From an uncultured Myxococcales bacterium (GTDB lineage Bacteria; Myxococcota_A; UBA9042), in the NCBI GenBank assembly GCA_903924465.1, contig CAIYBN010000056.1, positions 1,291 through 65,290 of the forward strand: 64,000 nucleotides of DNA. Direction: 5' to 3'. Of this stretch, positions 1-8,954 are shown in pieces. The notes beneath the pieces are model-generated. The model was not told the DNA's origin. It made no database searches and saw only the letters and a list, made by a program, of their open reading frames with translations. The translations under genes were made by a program, and so were the position numbers. Numbering within the stretch: the stretch's first letter is position 1; each line of letters begins with the position of its first letter.

Positions 1-44
1 GACTTCTTGCGCGCCTCGTACTTGACCAAGAGAGTGCCATCCAT
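1..44 (-). CDS. 5' fragment of a gene running off the window edge (MDGTLLVKYEARKK...)
   Basis: ATG at 44 on the minus strand with GGAGG 6 nt upstream; lies 30 nt after the stop of the IS-interrupted gene. Confidence 0.5.
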   Translation of the reverse strand, partial: MDGTLLVKYEARKK

Positions 45-74
45 TCCGAACCTCCCGACGCCCATCCCGCGGAC

Positions 75-176
75 TTATCTTCCAAGAAGCGAATTGGTCA
101 CTGATGTCGCGGTCTTGAGGCAAATCGCATCCTCATATGTGCCGGACCGAAGGCAAAGTGTATCGCTGGCATAGAT
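75..176 (-). pseudogene. 3' remnant of the IS21-interrupted zinc-ribbon membrane protein gene
   Basis: Reads IYASDTLCLRSGTYEDAICLKT...LLGR* and is in frame with ...SPAGIY across the duplicated CATAGAT. Confidence 0.8.
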
Positions 177-326
177 TGTCAACGGCCACACCAACTGGAC
201 CACAGTTCGGCCACAAACTAGGTACCACCCCGCGCAAGCGAAGCGAGCGCATGCCCGCGAGGTCGCGCGCAGCGCGAACAAGCGTACCCGCGCTTACACG
301 CACACCTGACGTCGCAGCGGACACCA

Positions 327-364
327 GCCCCCATAAGCCCCCTTGCAAGGGGGCTTATGGGGGC
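327..364. repeat. Perfect 38-bp palindrome inside the IS, downstream of istB
   Basis: GCCCCCATAAGCCCCCTTG|CAAGGGGGCTTATGGGGGC. Confidence 0.9.
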
Positions 365-437
365 GCGCGCGACCGCCTCGACCGTGTTTCCTTGTTATTG
401 TCGTGATTTCAGCAAGCTACGGACTTGAGTCGGTCGG

Positions 438-1193
438 CTACTCCGCCCGACCAGGCTTGCGCCGCTTGCGGTACGACTCGCCATCGATGACGAGGTCATG
501 CGCCTGATTGACGAACCGGTCCAGCGCGGCCTGCGCTTGCAGCTGCGGCGTCATCATTTCCAGCCACTCCGCCGGCTCGCGATTTGACGTCACAATCGTC
601 GAACGCCGCTGCAGCCTCTCACCGACAATCTCACTGAAATCCCCAGTGTCCATCGCATCGAGCGGCTGCTGCGCGAAGTCGTCGATGATGAGCAGGTCCG
701 CCGTGCACAGCCGCCGCATCTGCTCCGCCCAGGTCTGGTCGAGCCGTCCGGCGCGCAGGCTGCGGTGCAATTTGATGGCCGGCTCGCACACCACCTTGAG
801 CCCGCGCGCGCAGGCAAGATGGCCGAGTGCGTGTGCCCAGAACGTCTTGCCGACGCCGACCGGACCGAGAATCTGCACATTCTGATGGTCGTCGATAAAG
901 CGCAGCGTCAGCAATTCCGCCAGCTTGGTGCGGTCGTAGGTCACCCTGGAGGTCTCATCCCAGACGCCCGACACCATCACTGGATCGAGGCCGGCCTTGT
1001 GCGCGCGCATCTGCGTGGCCTGGGCGTCGCGTCGGCCGATCTCGTCGTGGCACAGCACCAGCAGCAAGTCCTCGTGCGGCATGTGCTTTTCTTTCGCCTG
1101 GGCCAGTCGCACCGATAGCGTGTCCAAGAGCGGTGACAGCCGAAGCCGCCGCAGCGCTGTTTTGAGATCCTGGCTCACTTCAACCGTCATCAT
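438..1193 (-). CDS. istB: IS21 helper AAA+ ATPase IstB
   Basis: Walker A GPVGVGKT, Walker B LLIIDD, STIVTSN, GESYR; overlaps the end of istA. Confidence 0.95.
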   Translation of the reverse strand: MMTVEVSQDLKTALRRLRLSPLLDTLSVRLAQAKEKHMPHEDLLLVLCHDEIGRRDAQATQMRAHKAGLDPVMVSGVWDETSRVTYDRTKLAELLTLRFIDDHQNVQILGPVGVGKTFWAHALGHLACARGLKVVCEPAIKLHRSLRAGRLDQTWAEQMRRLCTADLLIIDDFAQQPLDAMDTGDFSEIVGERLQRRSTIVTSNREPAEWLEMMTPQLQAQAALDRFVNQAHDLVIDGESYRKRRKPGRAE

Positions 1194-2796
1194 GGCTATC
1201 TCCTTGGTTTGATTGTTTTCTCACGGCAAACTCCGCCGGCGCGCGCGCAAACCGCAGTGGCACGACGCGGCCCATCGCTGGCGGCGAGGGCTGTGGCGTC
1301 GGCCGGTCATGCAAGCCGCGGGCCACGATGCGCTCGACCCGTGTCACGTCGACGAGATCCAGGGCCAGCAGCTGCCGGCACGCGCCATTGACCGCAGCGC
1401 CGCCCCAGGTCTTGCACTGCCCGAGCAGGCGGTACACGTGCCGCACGCGCGACCACGGCAGCGGACTATCCAGCAGGCGCTGCGCCATCTGCGCCACCGA
1501 ATCGCCGTGCGCCTGAGCCTGGCGCAGCAGGATTTGCGTGTCGCGCAGCGCGTAAGCCAGCTTTTCCTCGGGATAATCAGCCGGGTCGACCTGCGGCTTG
1601 CCCAGCGTCCCGCGCACATGCACCTTGACCAGCACCGCGCCCTGATAGGCTTTGATGGTGCTGCGGTCGGCGCGGTACTCCAGGGTCTTGCCGACCAGCG
1701 CCGAAGGCATGGAATACAGAACCTTCTGCACGATCAGCATCTGGTCGCGCCCGACCTTGGCCGTGCCCCAGACCGCGATGTCATACGGCTCCGTCGGCGC
1801 CGGCAGCAGGTGCGGCTGCTCGCGCGCGGCAAAGTCCTCGGCGGGCTTGCAGTACGTGGTGCCGTGGAGCCGCGGACCGGCGACATCCAAGCACCAGCGC
1901 AGCGCAATCTCTTTCGCTGCGGGCAGCGTCGTGAACGTTTCTCCTGCCCACATGCTGCCTTGCACGTACTGCACGTCGCGCTCGACCCGCCCCTTGTCCT
2001 GGGGCGTGCGCACCCGCGCCGGATCGGCGAAGAAGTCGCGCGACTGCATGTACTCGAGAAACCCGCGGGCAAATCGCGGCGTGAGCGCGTCGGCCTCGGC
2101 CACGATGCCTTTGCAATTGTCCGGAATCAGCACCTCGAACACGCCGGCGTAGAACGCCCAGGCGGCTTCCATCCCTTCGATGATGGTCTCGGTCGTCTGG
2201 TCCCAGCACGGCCAGACGAAGCAGTGCCGACTGACATTCGGCGTGAAAACCAGCGCTTGCAGCTTGCGTCGCTTGCCAGTGTCGGGATCGATGACCCAGG
2301 CGAGATCGGTGAAGTCGACCTGCAGCTCCTTGCCCGGCTCGCCGTCAGCCACGCGAACCGTCGGCCCCGGCTTGCGGCTGCGGCCGAGATCTTCGGCGAC
2401 AAACCGCCGCAGCGTCCGCTCGGGCACCTGCACACCGGTCAGGCGGTGCAACAACACCCCGATTTTCGGCGTCTTGATGTCCTGCTCGACCCACGCCAGC
2501 AGCTGCTCGCGGTGGGTCAGGCAATGCGCGCGCATCTGCCCAGGCGTGCTGTCCCGCCCAGGCAGCAACGCGTGCGCGACCTGGCCGATCAACTCGTCAG
2601 TCAAAAGCCGCCGATCCTCACGGCTTGGCGGGTCGCGCCGCTGCAAACCGAACCGCTGCGCCGCCTCGATGTAGCGCCGCGCCGTCCTCCGGTCGACACC
2701 GCAAATCGCGGCAACTGCGCGAAATCCTTTGCCGCCGAGCCAAATCCGCAGTACTTCCTTGATTTCCGTCACTGTCAGCTCCCGGTATGCCATCAC
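1180..2796 (-). CDS. istA: IS21 transposase IstA (DDE)
   Basis: N-terminal HTH, PGKELQVDF, LIPDN, PQDKGRVER, HGT motifs. Confidence 0.95.
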   Translation of the reverse strand: MMAYRELTVTEIKEVLRIWLGGKGFRAVAAICGVDRRTARRYIEAAQRFGLQRRDPPSREDRRLLTDELIGQVAHALLPGRDSTPGQMRAHCLTHREQLLAWVEQDIKTPKIGVLLHRLTGVQVPERTLRRFVAEDLGRSRKPGPTVRVADGEPGKELQVDFTDLAWVIDPDTGKRRKLQALVFTPNVSRHCFVWPCWDQTTETIIEGMEAAWAFYAGVFEVLIPDNCKGIVAEADALTPRFARGFLEYMQSRDFFADPARVRTPQDKGRVERDVQYVQGSMWAGETFTTLPAAKEIALRWCLDVAGPRLHGTTYCKPAEDFAAREQPHLLPAPTEPYDIAVWGTAKVGRDQMLIVQKVLYSMPSALVGKTLEYRADRSTIKAYQGAVLVKVHVRGTLGKPQVDPADYPEEKLAYALRDTQILLRQAQAHGDSVAQMAQRLLDSPLPWSRVRHVYRLLGQCKTWGGAAVNGACRQLLALDLVDVTRVERIVARGLHDRPTPQPSPPAMGRVVPLRFARAPAEFAVRKQSNQGDSHDDG

Positions 2797-2939
2797 TCCT
2801 CCCAGTGTTTCCAGGAGAAGTCCATGACATTACGGGCCGATTCACGCCAGCGGGTGGTCCCTAGTTTGTGGCCGAATACCGGTCCCATCCCGATGGCCGA
2901 ACTCGGCCCTCGGTGGGTGGTTTACCGTGGCCGCGGACA

Positions 2940-3633
2940 CATAGATGCCAGCCGGGCTCGTTGACGCTCGGCGAAAGGTACCCGGAGAGATCTTGAAGTC
3001 AGATCGCAAGCCGTCGTCGGTAACCATGCAAAGCGCATGTGGCGCAACCCGCGCATTGCACCCAAAGGACTGGTAGCCCAGGAACGTGCCATGCCGGTCC
3101 CACGCCTTTGAGGCACTCACGGCTATGCACTCCTCGCCGTTCTCGCCGCAAATTTCGCTGCCTGACTTGTTGAGCGTGATTGGCCTTCGTTTGGCATGCA
3201 GCAGTTCGTCGTTGATGACCTTGCCGTGGACCGCACCCAATCGCTGGACCGCCGCTACCGCGGCATCCGTGCGCCCGGCCGCGGCGTCGATCGCGGTCAG
3301 TTTGGACTCCAGAGATGCCACGCGTTCCTCGGCGCGATTGGCGACGCTGCGGGCAGTGCGCGCCTCCGTGACCACGGACGCACCCACGAGTGCGCAGAAC
3401 ACCAACGTCGCCAACAAGCCCGCGACGGCCCAGCGCCACCAAATGCGTCGTCGCGGCCTCAGTGATGGAATTGGGTCGGCCGAGGATATCTGGCGATCTG
3501 GCACCGCGGGCTCAACCTGCCCGGACGTTCCGCAGTCCGGGCAGTCGAAGTTGACTGAACCGGCAATGTCATCAGCAACTTGCACGTTGATCAGGCAAGC
3601 GCAATTGGCGCACGTGGTCTGGATGATGTGCAT
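2940..3633 (-). pseudogene. 5' part of a zinc-ribbon / TM / coiled-coil / Cys-rich protein gene interrupted by IS21
   Basis: CANC...CPDC zinc ribbon, one TM helix, GGGGAGG RBS; joins in frame to 75-169, giving a 262-aa intact protein. Confidence 0.75.
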
Positions 3634-3704
3634 GTGGCTCGCCTCCCCTGGTGGTGCTCCGAAGTCGGAGCGGAGACATAGCTTGCCGGGGCTACGCTGT
3701 CCAG

Positions 3705-3992
3705 ATGAAGGACGCGCATTCAGCCCTTGTCGAGCATCTTCAGCGCCAGATGACGGCTCGATCCTGGAACATCAATCGGCTGGCGGACGCGGCGGGAATT
3801 GGGCGCGGAGCGCTCAGCGAAGTGATGAGCAAGAAGCGCAGCCCGACGCTGCAAACGCTACAGAAACTCGCGAATGCGCTGGAGATTGATGTTGGTCGGT
3901 TGCTGCTCGCGGACGAGCCAGCCGCCACGCCATCGCAGGCCACGCGGTGGAAGGCGCGACGCGATCTGAATCGGCTGGATCGGGAGGAGTGA
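3705..3992 (+). CDS. XRE/Cro-family HTH transcriptional regulator
   Basis: WNINRLADAAGIGRGALSEVMSKKRSPTLQTLQKLANAL is a typical HTH_3 pattern. Confidence 0.85.
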   Translation: MKDAHSALVEHLQRQMTARSWNINRLADAAGIGRGALSEVMSKKRSPTLQTLQKLANALEIDVGRLLLADEPAATPSQATRWKARRDLNRLDREE

Positions 3993-4001
3993 GCGCGGCG
4001 G

Positions 4002-4247
4002 CTACGGCTTCTTGGCCCAGCGGGCCGCAGCAGCCTTCCGTGCGCTCTCCGCGCGCTGCTCGGGCGTGAGCTTGGCCGCGCGCGCCTTCCCGCCCTTGAG
4101 GCCGCCTTTACGGCCGAGCGCAACCGCGGCAGGATCGCGCGTGTCCTCTGGCTCAGGATCGGGCGCGACCTGGCGCGTGGCGATCTCGCCGATCAGGTGG
4201 GCCAGTTGGTTGACGTCGCGGGGTCGTTTGCGTGAGCGGTTTGGCAT
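4002..4247 (-). CDS. Small basic KGG-motif protein (often annotated histone H1-like or RNA-binding)
   Basis: KRPRDVNQLA...DPAAVALGRKGGLKGGKARAAKLTPEQRAESARKAAAARW. Confidence 0.8.
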   Translation of the reverse strand: MPNRSRKRPRDVNQLAHLIGEIATRQVAPDPEPEDTRDPAAVALGRKGGLKGGKARAAKLTPEQRAESARKAAAARWAKKP

Positions 4248-4408
4248 GGTCGCAGTGTAAGCGACGGCGGATCGGGCTGCAAGCGCGTCCCGGTTCAAAC
4301 TGTCGCACTACCAGCGGCGTCAACCACGTCCAGCGCTGGCTGCATCTGTGCTACGCTTCGCGCTGGCGCCGCCGGATTGGCAAGCCCTTGTACCTGCCGG
4401 AAGCTGCC

Positions 4409-5812
4409 ATGACCACCGATTCCCTGCCGTCCGAACATCCGGACATTGCCCACCTTGGATTGTCCGAAGCCTCGCTGCGCGTCCTGCGCGAGCTCGGTTT
4501 TTCCCGCCTGACGCCGATCCAAGCCCGAAGCTTGCCGGTATTGCTGCGTGGTGAGGATCTCGTCGGCCAGTCCGCGACGGGCAGCGGCAAGACCGTGGCA
4601 TTCGCGCTGCCGCTCCTCGATCACCTCGACGCGGATCAGCGCATGCTTCAGGCGCTCGTGCTGTGTCCGACCCGCGAACTGGCCAATCAGGTGGCGGCCG
4701 CGATTCGCACGCTGGGCCGACATCGCCCAGGCTTGCGGGTGCTCGTGCTCGCCGGCGGGATGCCGTCCGGGCCGCAGCGCAAGGCCTTGCAGGAGGGCGT
4801 GCACGTGGTTGTCGGTACGCCGGGGCGCGTGCAGGACCACCTCGACCGTGGCCTGGATGTGGCGCAAGTGCGCACCGTCGTGCTCGATGAAGCCGACCGG
4901 ATGCTCGACATGGGCTTTCAGGAATCGGTGGAGAAAATTCTGCGCGCGCTGCCCGTGGAGCGACAGACCCTGTTCTTCTCGGCGACCTTTCCGCCGTCCA
5001 TCGCCGCGATGAGCCGGAACTGGCAGCGCAAGCCGCAGCACGTGACGATTGCCGAATCCGGAAGCGAAAAGCCGGCCATCCGCCACATCGTCCATCTGGT
5101 GGCCGTCGAAGAAAGGCAAGCGGCTCTGGATGCGGTGCTGCGCAGTCATGCGCCGACATCGGCGTTGGTGTTCTGCAATCTCAAAGACTCCGTTCGCGAC
5201 GTGGCAGCGGCGCTGGCCAGAGCAGGATTTGCCGTCGAGGCGCTGCACGGCGATCTGGAGCAGCGTGACCGCGATCGCGTGATGGCGAAATTCCGCAATG
5301 GCACAACGCCCTTCCTCGTCGCGACCGACGTGGCCGCGCGCGGGCTGGACATTGCCGGGCTGGCGGCGGTGATCAACTACGAATTTGCTTCGACGCCGGA
5401 CACCTATGTGCACCGCACAGGGCGGACCGGACGGGCCGGCGCTCCAGGGCTGGCCATCTCGCTGGTGACGCCGCGCGACGTGGATCGGCTGAAGGCCTGC
5501 GAAAAGGCCGCGGAAAGTGCGATTGAACGGCTCCCGGTGCCCACGAGCGCCCCGCCCAAGTCAGTGGCCGCGGCTGTGGCGTTGGATACCCTGTTCATCA
5601 GCGGCGGGCGCAAGGACAAGCTGCGACCGAGCGATATCCTTGGCGCGCTGACCGGCGAAGCGGGCGTGGCGGCGACGGAGATCGGCCGTATCGAGATCAG
5701 CGATCGCTTTACCTACGTGGCGATGCCGCAGCGCGTGGTGGCCAGACTGCTGGCCAAGTCGCCCGGGCTGCGCATCAAGGGCCGGACCTTTCGTCTCGAA
5801 CGCGTGCAATAG
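4409..5812 (+). CDS. dbpA: ATP-dependent DEAD-box RNA helicase DbpA
   Basis: Q motif, ATGSGKT, PTRELA, DEAD, SAT, HRTGRTGR; C-terminal GGRKDKLRPSDILGAL RNA-binding domain. Confidence 0.92.
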   Translation: MTTDSLPSEHPDIAHLGLSEASLRVLRELGFSRLTPIQARSLPVLLRGEDLVGQSATGSGKTVAFALPLLDHLDADQRMLQALVLCPTRELANQVAAAIRTLGRHRPGLRVLVLAGGMPSGPQRKALQEGVHVVVGTPGRVQDHLDRGLDVAQVRTVVLDEADRMLDMGFQESVEKILRALPVERQTLFFSATFPPSIAAMSRNWQRKPQHVTIAESGSEKPAIRHIVHLVAVEERQAALDAVLRSHAPTSALVFCNLKDSVRDVAAALARAGFAVEALHGDLEQRDRDRVMAKFRNGTTPFLVATDVAARGLDIAGLAAVINYEFASTPDTYVHRTGRTGRAGAPGLAISLVTPRDVDRLKACEKAAESAIERLPVPTSAPPKSVAAAVALDTLFISGGRKDKLRPSDILGALTGEAGVAATEIGRIEISDRFTYVAMPQRVVARLLAKSPGLRIKGRTFRLERVQ

Positions 5813-5848
5813 CAAGGTGTTGAGAAGCCAGAGGAGAAATTCCACGCG

Positions 5849-6916
5849 ATGAAATCCGCAGCCGACCTGTTCCTGGGCCTGACGCCCGACGCCGTGCTCG
5901 CGGCGATCGAGGCCTCCGGGCTGCGTTGTACGTCGGTCTGCTGGCCGCTGAATTCCTATGAAAATCGCGTGATGGAAGTGGAACTGGCCGATGAAGCGCG
6001 GACACGTTTGGTGACCAAGTTCTACCGGCCGCAGCGTTGGAGCCAAGCGCAAATTCTGGAGGAGCACGCGCTTCTGGCCGAATTGCACGCCGATGAAGTG
6101 CCGGTCGTGCCAGCGCTGACATTTCCAGATGGCGGCACCTTGCGGCAAATCGCCGTCGCGGGCGGCGCAGATGTTGTGTGGTTTTGCCTGTTTCCGCGTT
6201 TCGGTGGGCGCGCACCGGAAGAAGTGGATGATGCCCTCGCCACGCGCCTGGGTGCCCTGTGCGCGCGCATCCATGTGGTTGGCGCGCGCAAGCCCTTTGC
6301 GGCGCGACAGCAGCTCAGCGGCGCGACCTACGGCGGTGCGCCGCTCTCGGTGCTGGAAGCGTCAGGTCGCGTGCCCACACCGCTGCGGCGGCGTTTCTTC
6401 ACCGCCGCGAACGCGCTGATTGTCGTCACCGACGAGTGGCTGCAAGGCACGGCGATGCAGCGCATCCACGGCGATTTCCATTTGGGCAATCTCATCCAGC
6501 GCGACAATATCCTGTACGCGCTGGACTTTGACGATGCCCTGACGGGGCCGCCGGTCCAGGATCTGTGGATGTTGCTGCCGGGCCGCGACGTCGACACGGT
6601 GCGTCGCCGCGAGCTGTTTCTGCAAAGCTACGAGCAATTTCGACCGTTTGATCGCACCTCCCTACGGCTGATTGAGCCGTTGCGCGGGCTGCGCTTGGTG
6701 CATTTCTGCGGCTGGTTGGCGGCGCGTTGGCACGACCCGATTTTCCCGCAGACTTGGCCGCAGTTCGCGACCGACGCGTTCTGGCACGAAACGACGGACA
6801 CGCTGGAGGAGGCCCTGGATTTGACGTGGGCGGCCCCGGATACCGCGGTCGTCGCGCCGCAAGTGGACGTACCGGAAGCGACAAACGCTGATTTCTTCTG
6901 GGATTGGGAGAAGTAG
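5849..6916 (+). CDS. srkA: Stress response Ser/Thr kinase SrkA (RdoA/YihE)
   Basis: LNSYENRV, KFYRPQRWS, HGDFHLGN, DFDD, VQDLWMLL. Confidence 0.9.
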   Translation: MKSAADLFLGLTPDAVLAAIEASGLRCTSVCWPLNSYENRVMEVELADEARTRLVTKFYRPQRWSQAQILEEHALLAELHADEVPVVPALTFPDGGTLRQIAVAGGADVVWFCLFPRFGGRAPEEVDDALATRLGALCARIHVVGARKPFAARQQLSGATYGGAPLSVLEASGRVPTPLRRRFFTAANALIVVTDEWLQGTAMQRIHGDFHLGNLIQRDNILYALDFDDALTGPPVQDLWMLLPGRDVDTVRRRELFLQSYEQFRPFDRTSLRLIEPLRGLRLVHFCGWLAARWHDPIFPQTWPQFATDAFWHETTDTLEEALDLTWAAPDTAVVAPQVDVPEATNADFFWDWEK

Positions 6917-6924
6917 TCCGGCGG

Positions 6925-7737
6925 TCAAACCGCGACGGCGAAATCGCGTAGTGCCGCGTTCAGGCTGGTTTTGCGATCGGTCGATTCCTTGCGCTGGCCG
7001 ATGATCAGCGCGCAGGGCACGCCGTAGTCGCCCGCCGGAAAGGATTTCAGGCGTGTGCCTGGAATCACGACGGAACGGGCGGGAATGCGGCCGCGAAGTT
7101 CCACGGGGGCGGCGCCAGTGACGTCGATGATGGCCGTTGAACTCGTGAGGACGACGCCCGCACCGACAACGGCTTCCCGTTCGATGTGCATGCCTTCCAC
7201 GACGATGGCGCGCGATCCGATGAAACAGCCGTCTTCAATGATGACGGGACGCGCGCTGGTCGGCTCCAGGACGCCGCCGATGCCGACGCCGCCGGCCAAG
7301 TGGACGTCGCGGCCGATCTGCGCACACGATCCGACGGTGGCCCACGTGTCGACCATCGTGCCAGAACCGACCCGAGCGCCGATGTTGACATAGCTGGGCA
7401 TCAGGATGACGCCGGGCTCCAGAAAGCTGCCATAGCGCGCGACGCCGGGCGGCACCACGCGCACTTGTTGCCCGGCCAGATTGTGCTTGAGCGGAATCTT
7501 GTCGTAGAACTCGAACGGTCCCACTTCATGCACGGTCATCGCCGCGACGCTGAAGTACAGCAGAATCGCTTCTTTGACCCACGCGTGAACGATCCAGCCG
7601 TCCGCGGTCGGCTCCGCGACGCGAATCTCGCCGCGGTCGAGCGCGGCGATGGTGTCCAGGACGGCTTCCACGTAGCGCCGCTCCGCCAGCAAGGCGCGGT
7701 CGGCATAGGCGGCAGAGACGAGTTCTGCGAACTGCAT
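6925..7737 (-). CDS. dapD: Tetrahydrodipicolinate N-succinyltransferase
   Basis: WVKEAILLYF, YDKIPLK, MPSYVNIGA, DTWATVGSCAQIG, GGVGIGGVLEP. Confidence 0.95.
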   Translation of the reverse strand: MQFAELVSAAYADRALLAERRYVEAVLDTIAALDRGEIRVAEPTADGWIVHAWVKEAILLYFSVAAMTVHEVGPFEFYDKIPLKHNLAGQQVRVVPPGVARYGSFLEPGVILMPSYVNIGARVGSGTMVDTWATVGSCAQIGRDVHLAGGVGIGGVLEPTSARPVIIEDGCFIGSRAIVVEGMHIEREAVVGAGVVLTSSTAIIDVTGAAPVELRGRIPARSVVIPGTRLKSFPAGDYGVPCALIIGQRKESTDRKTSLNAALRDFAVAV

Positions 7738-7739
7738 GA

Positions 7740-8141
7740 TTACGGCGCTGCCGGGGATGGCGCTGCCGCCGGAGCGGCCGGGGCAGCAGGCGCGTTCGGA
7801 GCAGCGGCCTGATTGGGTTGCGCCGGCGGCGACTTGTCGTCGGTTTCCGGCTTCGCCTGCGTAGCGGGCGCGGTGGCGGGCGCGATCGGCGTCACGTCTT
7901 CCACGGCGGAACGATCCGAATTGTGACGCGACAGCACGATCGACAGCAGCATGAACAAGACGGCAGCGCCGGTCGTCACGCGCTTGAAGACGCTCGATGC
8001 GCCGCGGCCCGCTGTGCCTGTACCACCGCCGCCGCCCAAGCCGGAGCCGCCGCGGCCCAGCTGACCCGGTTGGATCAGCACCACGACGATGAGGAACAGG
8101 CAAATGATGATGTAGAGCGTGATGGCGAGGTAATAAAGCAC
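7740..8141 (-). CDS. secG: Preprotein translocase subunit SecG
   Basis: Two TM helices with a Gly-rich loop (VVLIQPG...GGGG); canonical position after tpiA. Confidence 0.85.
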   Translation of the reverse strand: MLYYLAITLYIIICLFLIVVVLIQPGQLGRGGSGLGGGGGTGTAGRGASSVFKRVTTGAAVLFMLLSIVLSRHNSDRSAVEDVTPIAPATAPATQAKPETDDKSPPAQPNQAAAPNAPAAPAAPAAAPSPAAP

Positions 8142-8184
8142 TGAAACTCCTGAAGATTCTCAATCTGTTGCGCGAATGCCCGGA

Positions 8185-8952
8185 TTACGGAACTGCGCGG
8201 CCGGCGCGGACGATCGCGGCAAATTCATCTGCCGTCAAGCTCGCACCGCCGACCAACATGCCGTCGATGTCGCTTTGTGCGAACAATCCCGTGGCGTTAC
8301 TGCCTTTGACGCTGCCGCCATATTGGATGCGGCAGTTGGCGGCAAAAGCTGCGGAAAAACGCGTGGCCAGCCAAGCGCGAATGTGCGCGTGGACCTCCTG
8401 CGCCTGTTCCGGCGACGCAGTCAAACCAGTGCCGATCGCCCAAACCGGTTCGTAGGCGATGATCAGATGCTGCAGTTGATCGGCCAGCAGGCCGTCGAGC
8501 GCCACGGTCAGTTGGCGGTCGACCACAGCAAATGTCGTGCCGTTTTGCCGTTCCGCCAATTGCTCACCCACGCACAACACGGGCTTCAGACCCGCCGCCA
8601 GGGCCGCGCGCAGCTTCTTCGCGACGATTTCATCCGTGTCGCCAAAGACGGACCGCCGTTCAGAGTGGCCGACGAGCACGTGCGTGGCGCCTGTGGACAC
8701 GATCATCGCCGCCGAAACCGCGCCGGTAAACGCGCCTTTGGCCTCAAAATGCAGATCCTGCGCGCCCACATTCACGTGACTGCCCGCAACCTTGTCCGCC
8801 ACGGCCGCCAGGAACGGAAACGGCGGAAACAGCAGCACGTCGCCCAGCCGCTGCGAGCCCAGACGATGCCGCACTTCCTGGGCCAAGGCGATGGCCTCGG
8901 GCAAGGTCGTGTGCATCTTCCAATTGCCGCCCGTGACTGGGGTCCGTGCCAT
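8185..8952 (-). CDS. tpiA: Triosephosphate isomerase
   Basis: GNWKM, GHSERR, AYEPVWAIGTG, YGGSV, LVGGASL. Confidence 0.98.
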   Translation of the reverse strand: MARTPVTGGNWKMHTTLPEAIALAQEVRHRLGSQRLGDVLLFPPFPFLAAVADKVAGSHVNVGAQDLHFEAKGAFTGAVSAAMIVSTGATHVLVGHSERRSVFGDTDEIVAKKLRAALAAGLKPVLCVGEQLAERQNGTTFAVVDRQLTVALDGLLADQLQHLIIAYEPVWAIGTGLTASPEQAQEVHAHIRAWLATRFSAAFAANCRIQYGGSVKGSNATGLFAQSDIDGMLVGGASLTADEFAAIVRAGRAVP

Positions 8953-8954
8953 GA

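Larger units (their letters stand above)
177..2939 (-). mobile_element. IS21-family insertion sequence, complete
   Basis: Ends TG...CA. Terminal IR TGTCAACGGCCAC vs TGTCCGCGGCCAC. Subterminal repeats TTCGGCCACAAACTAGG at both ends. Flanked by CATAGAT at 170-176 and 2940-2946. Carries istA and istB. Confidence 0.95.

Noticed and set aside
2842-2939. C-terminal 32 codons of ORF 2842-3633
   Set aside because: Read-through into the IS end, not the native sequence.
7700-7745. tRNA-Leu often found after secG; any tRNA or rRNA in the window
   Set aside because: dapD follows immediately; no cloverleaf or rRNA-like sequence was recognised anywhere.
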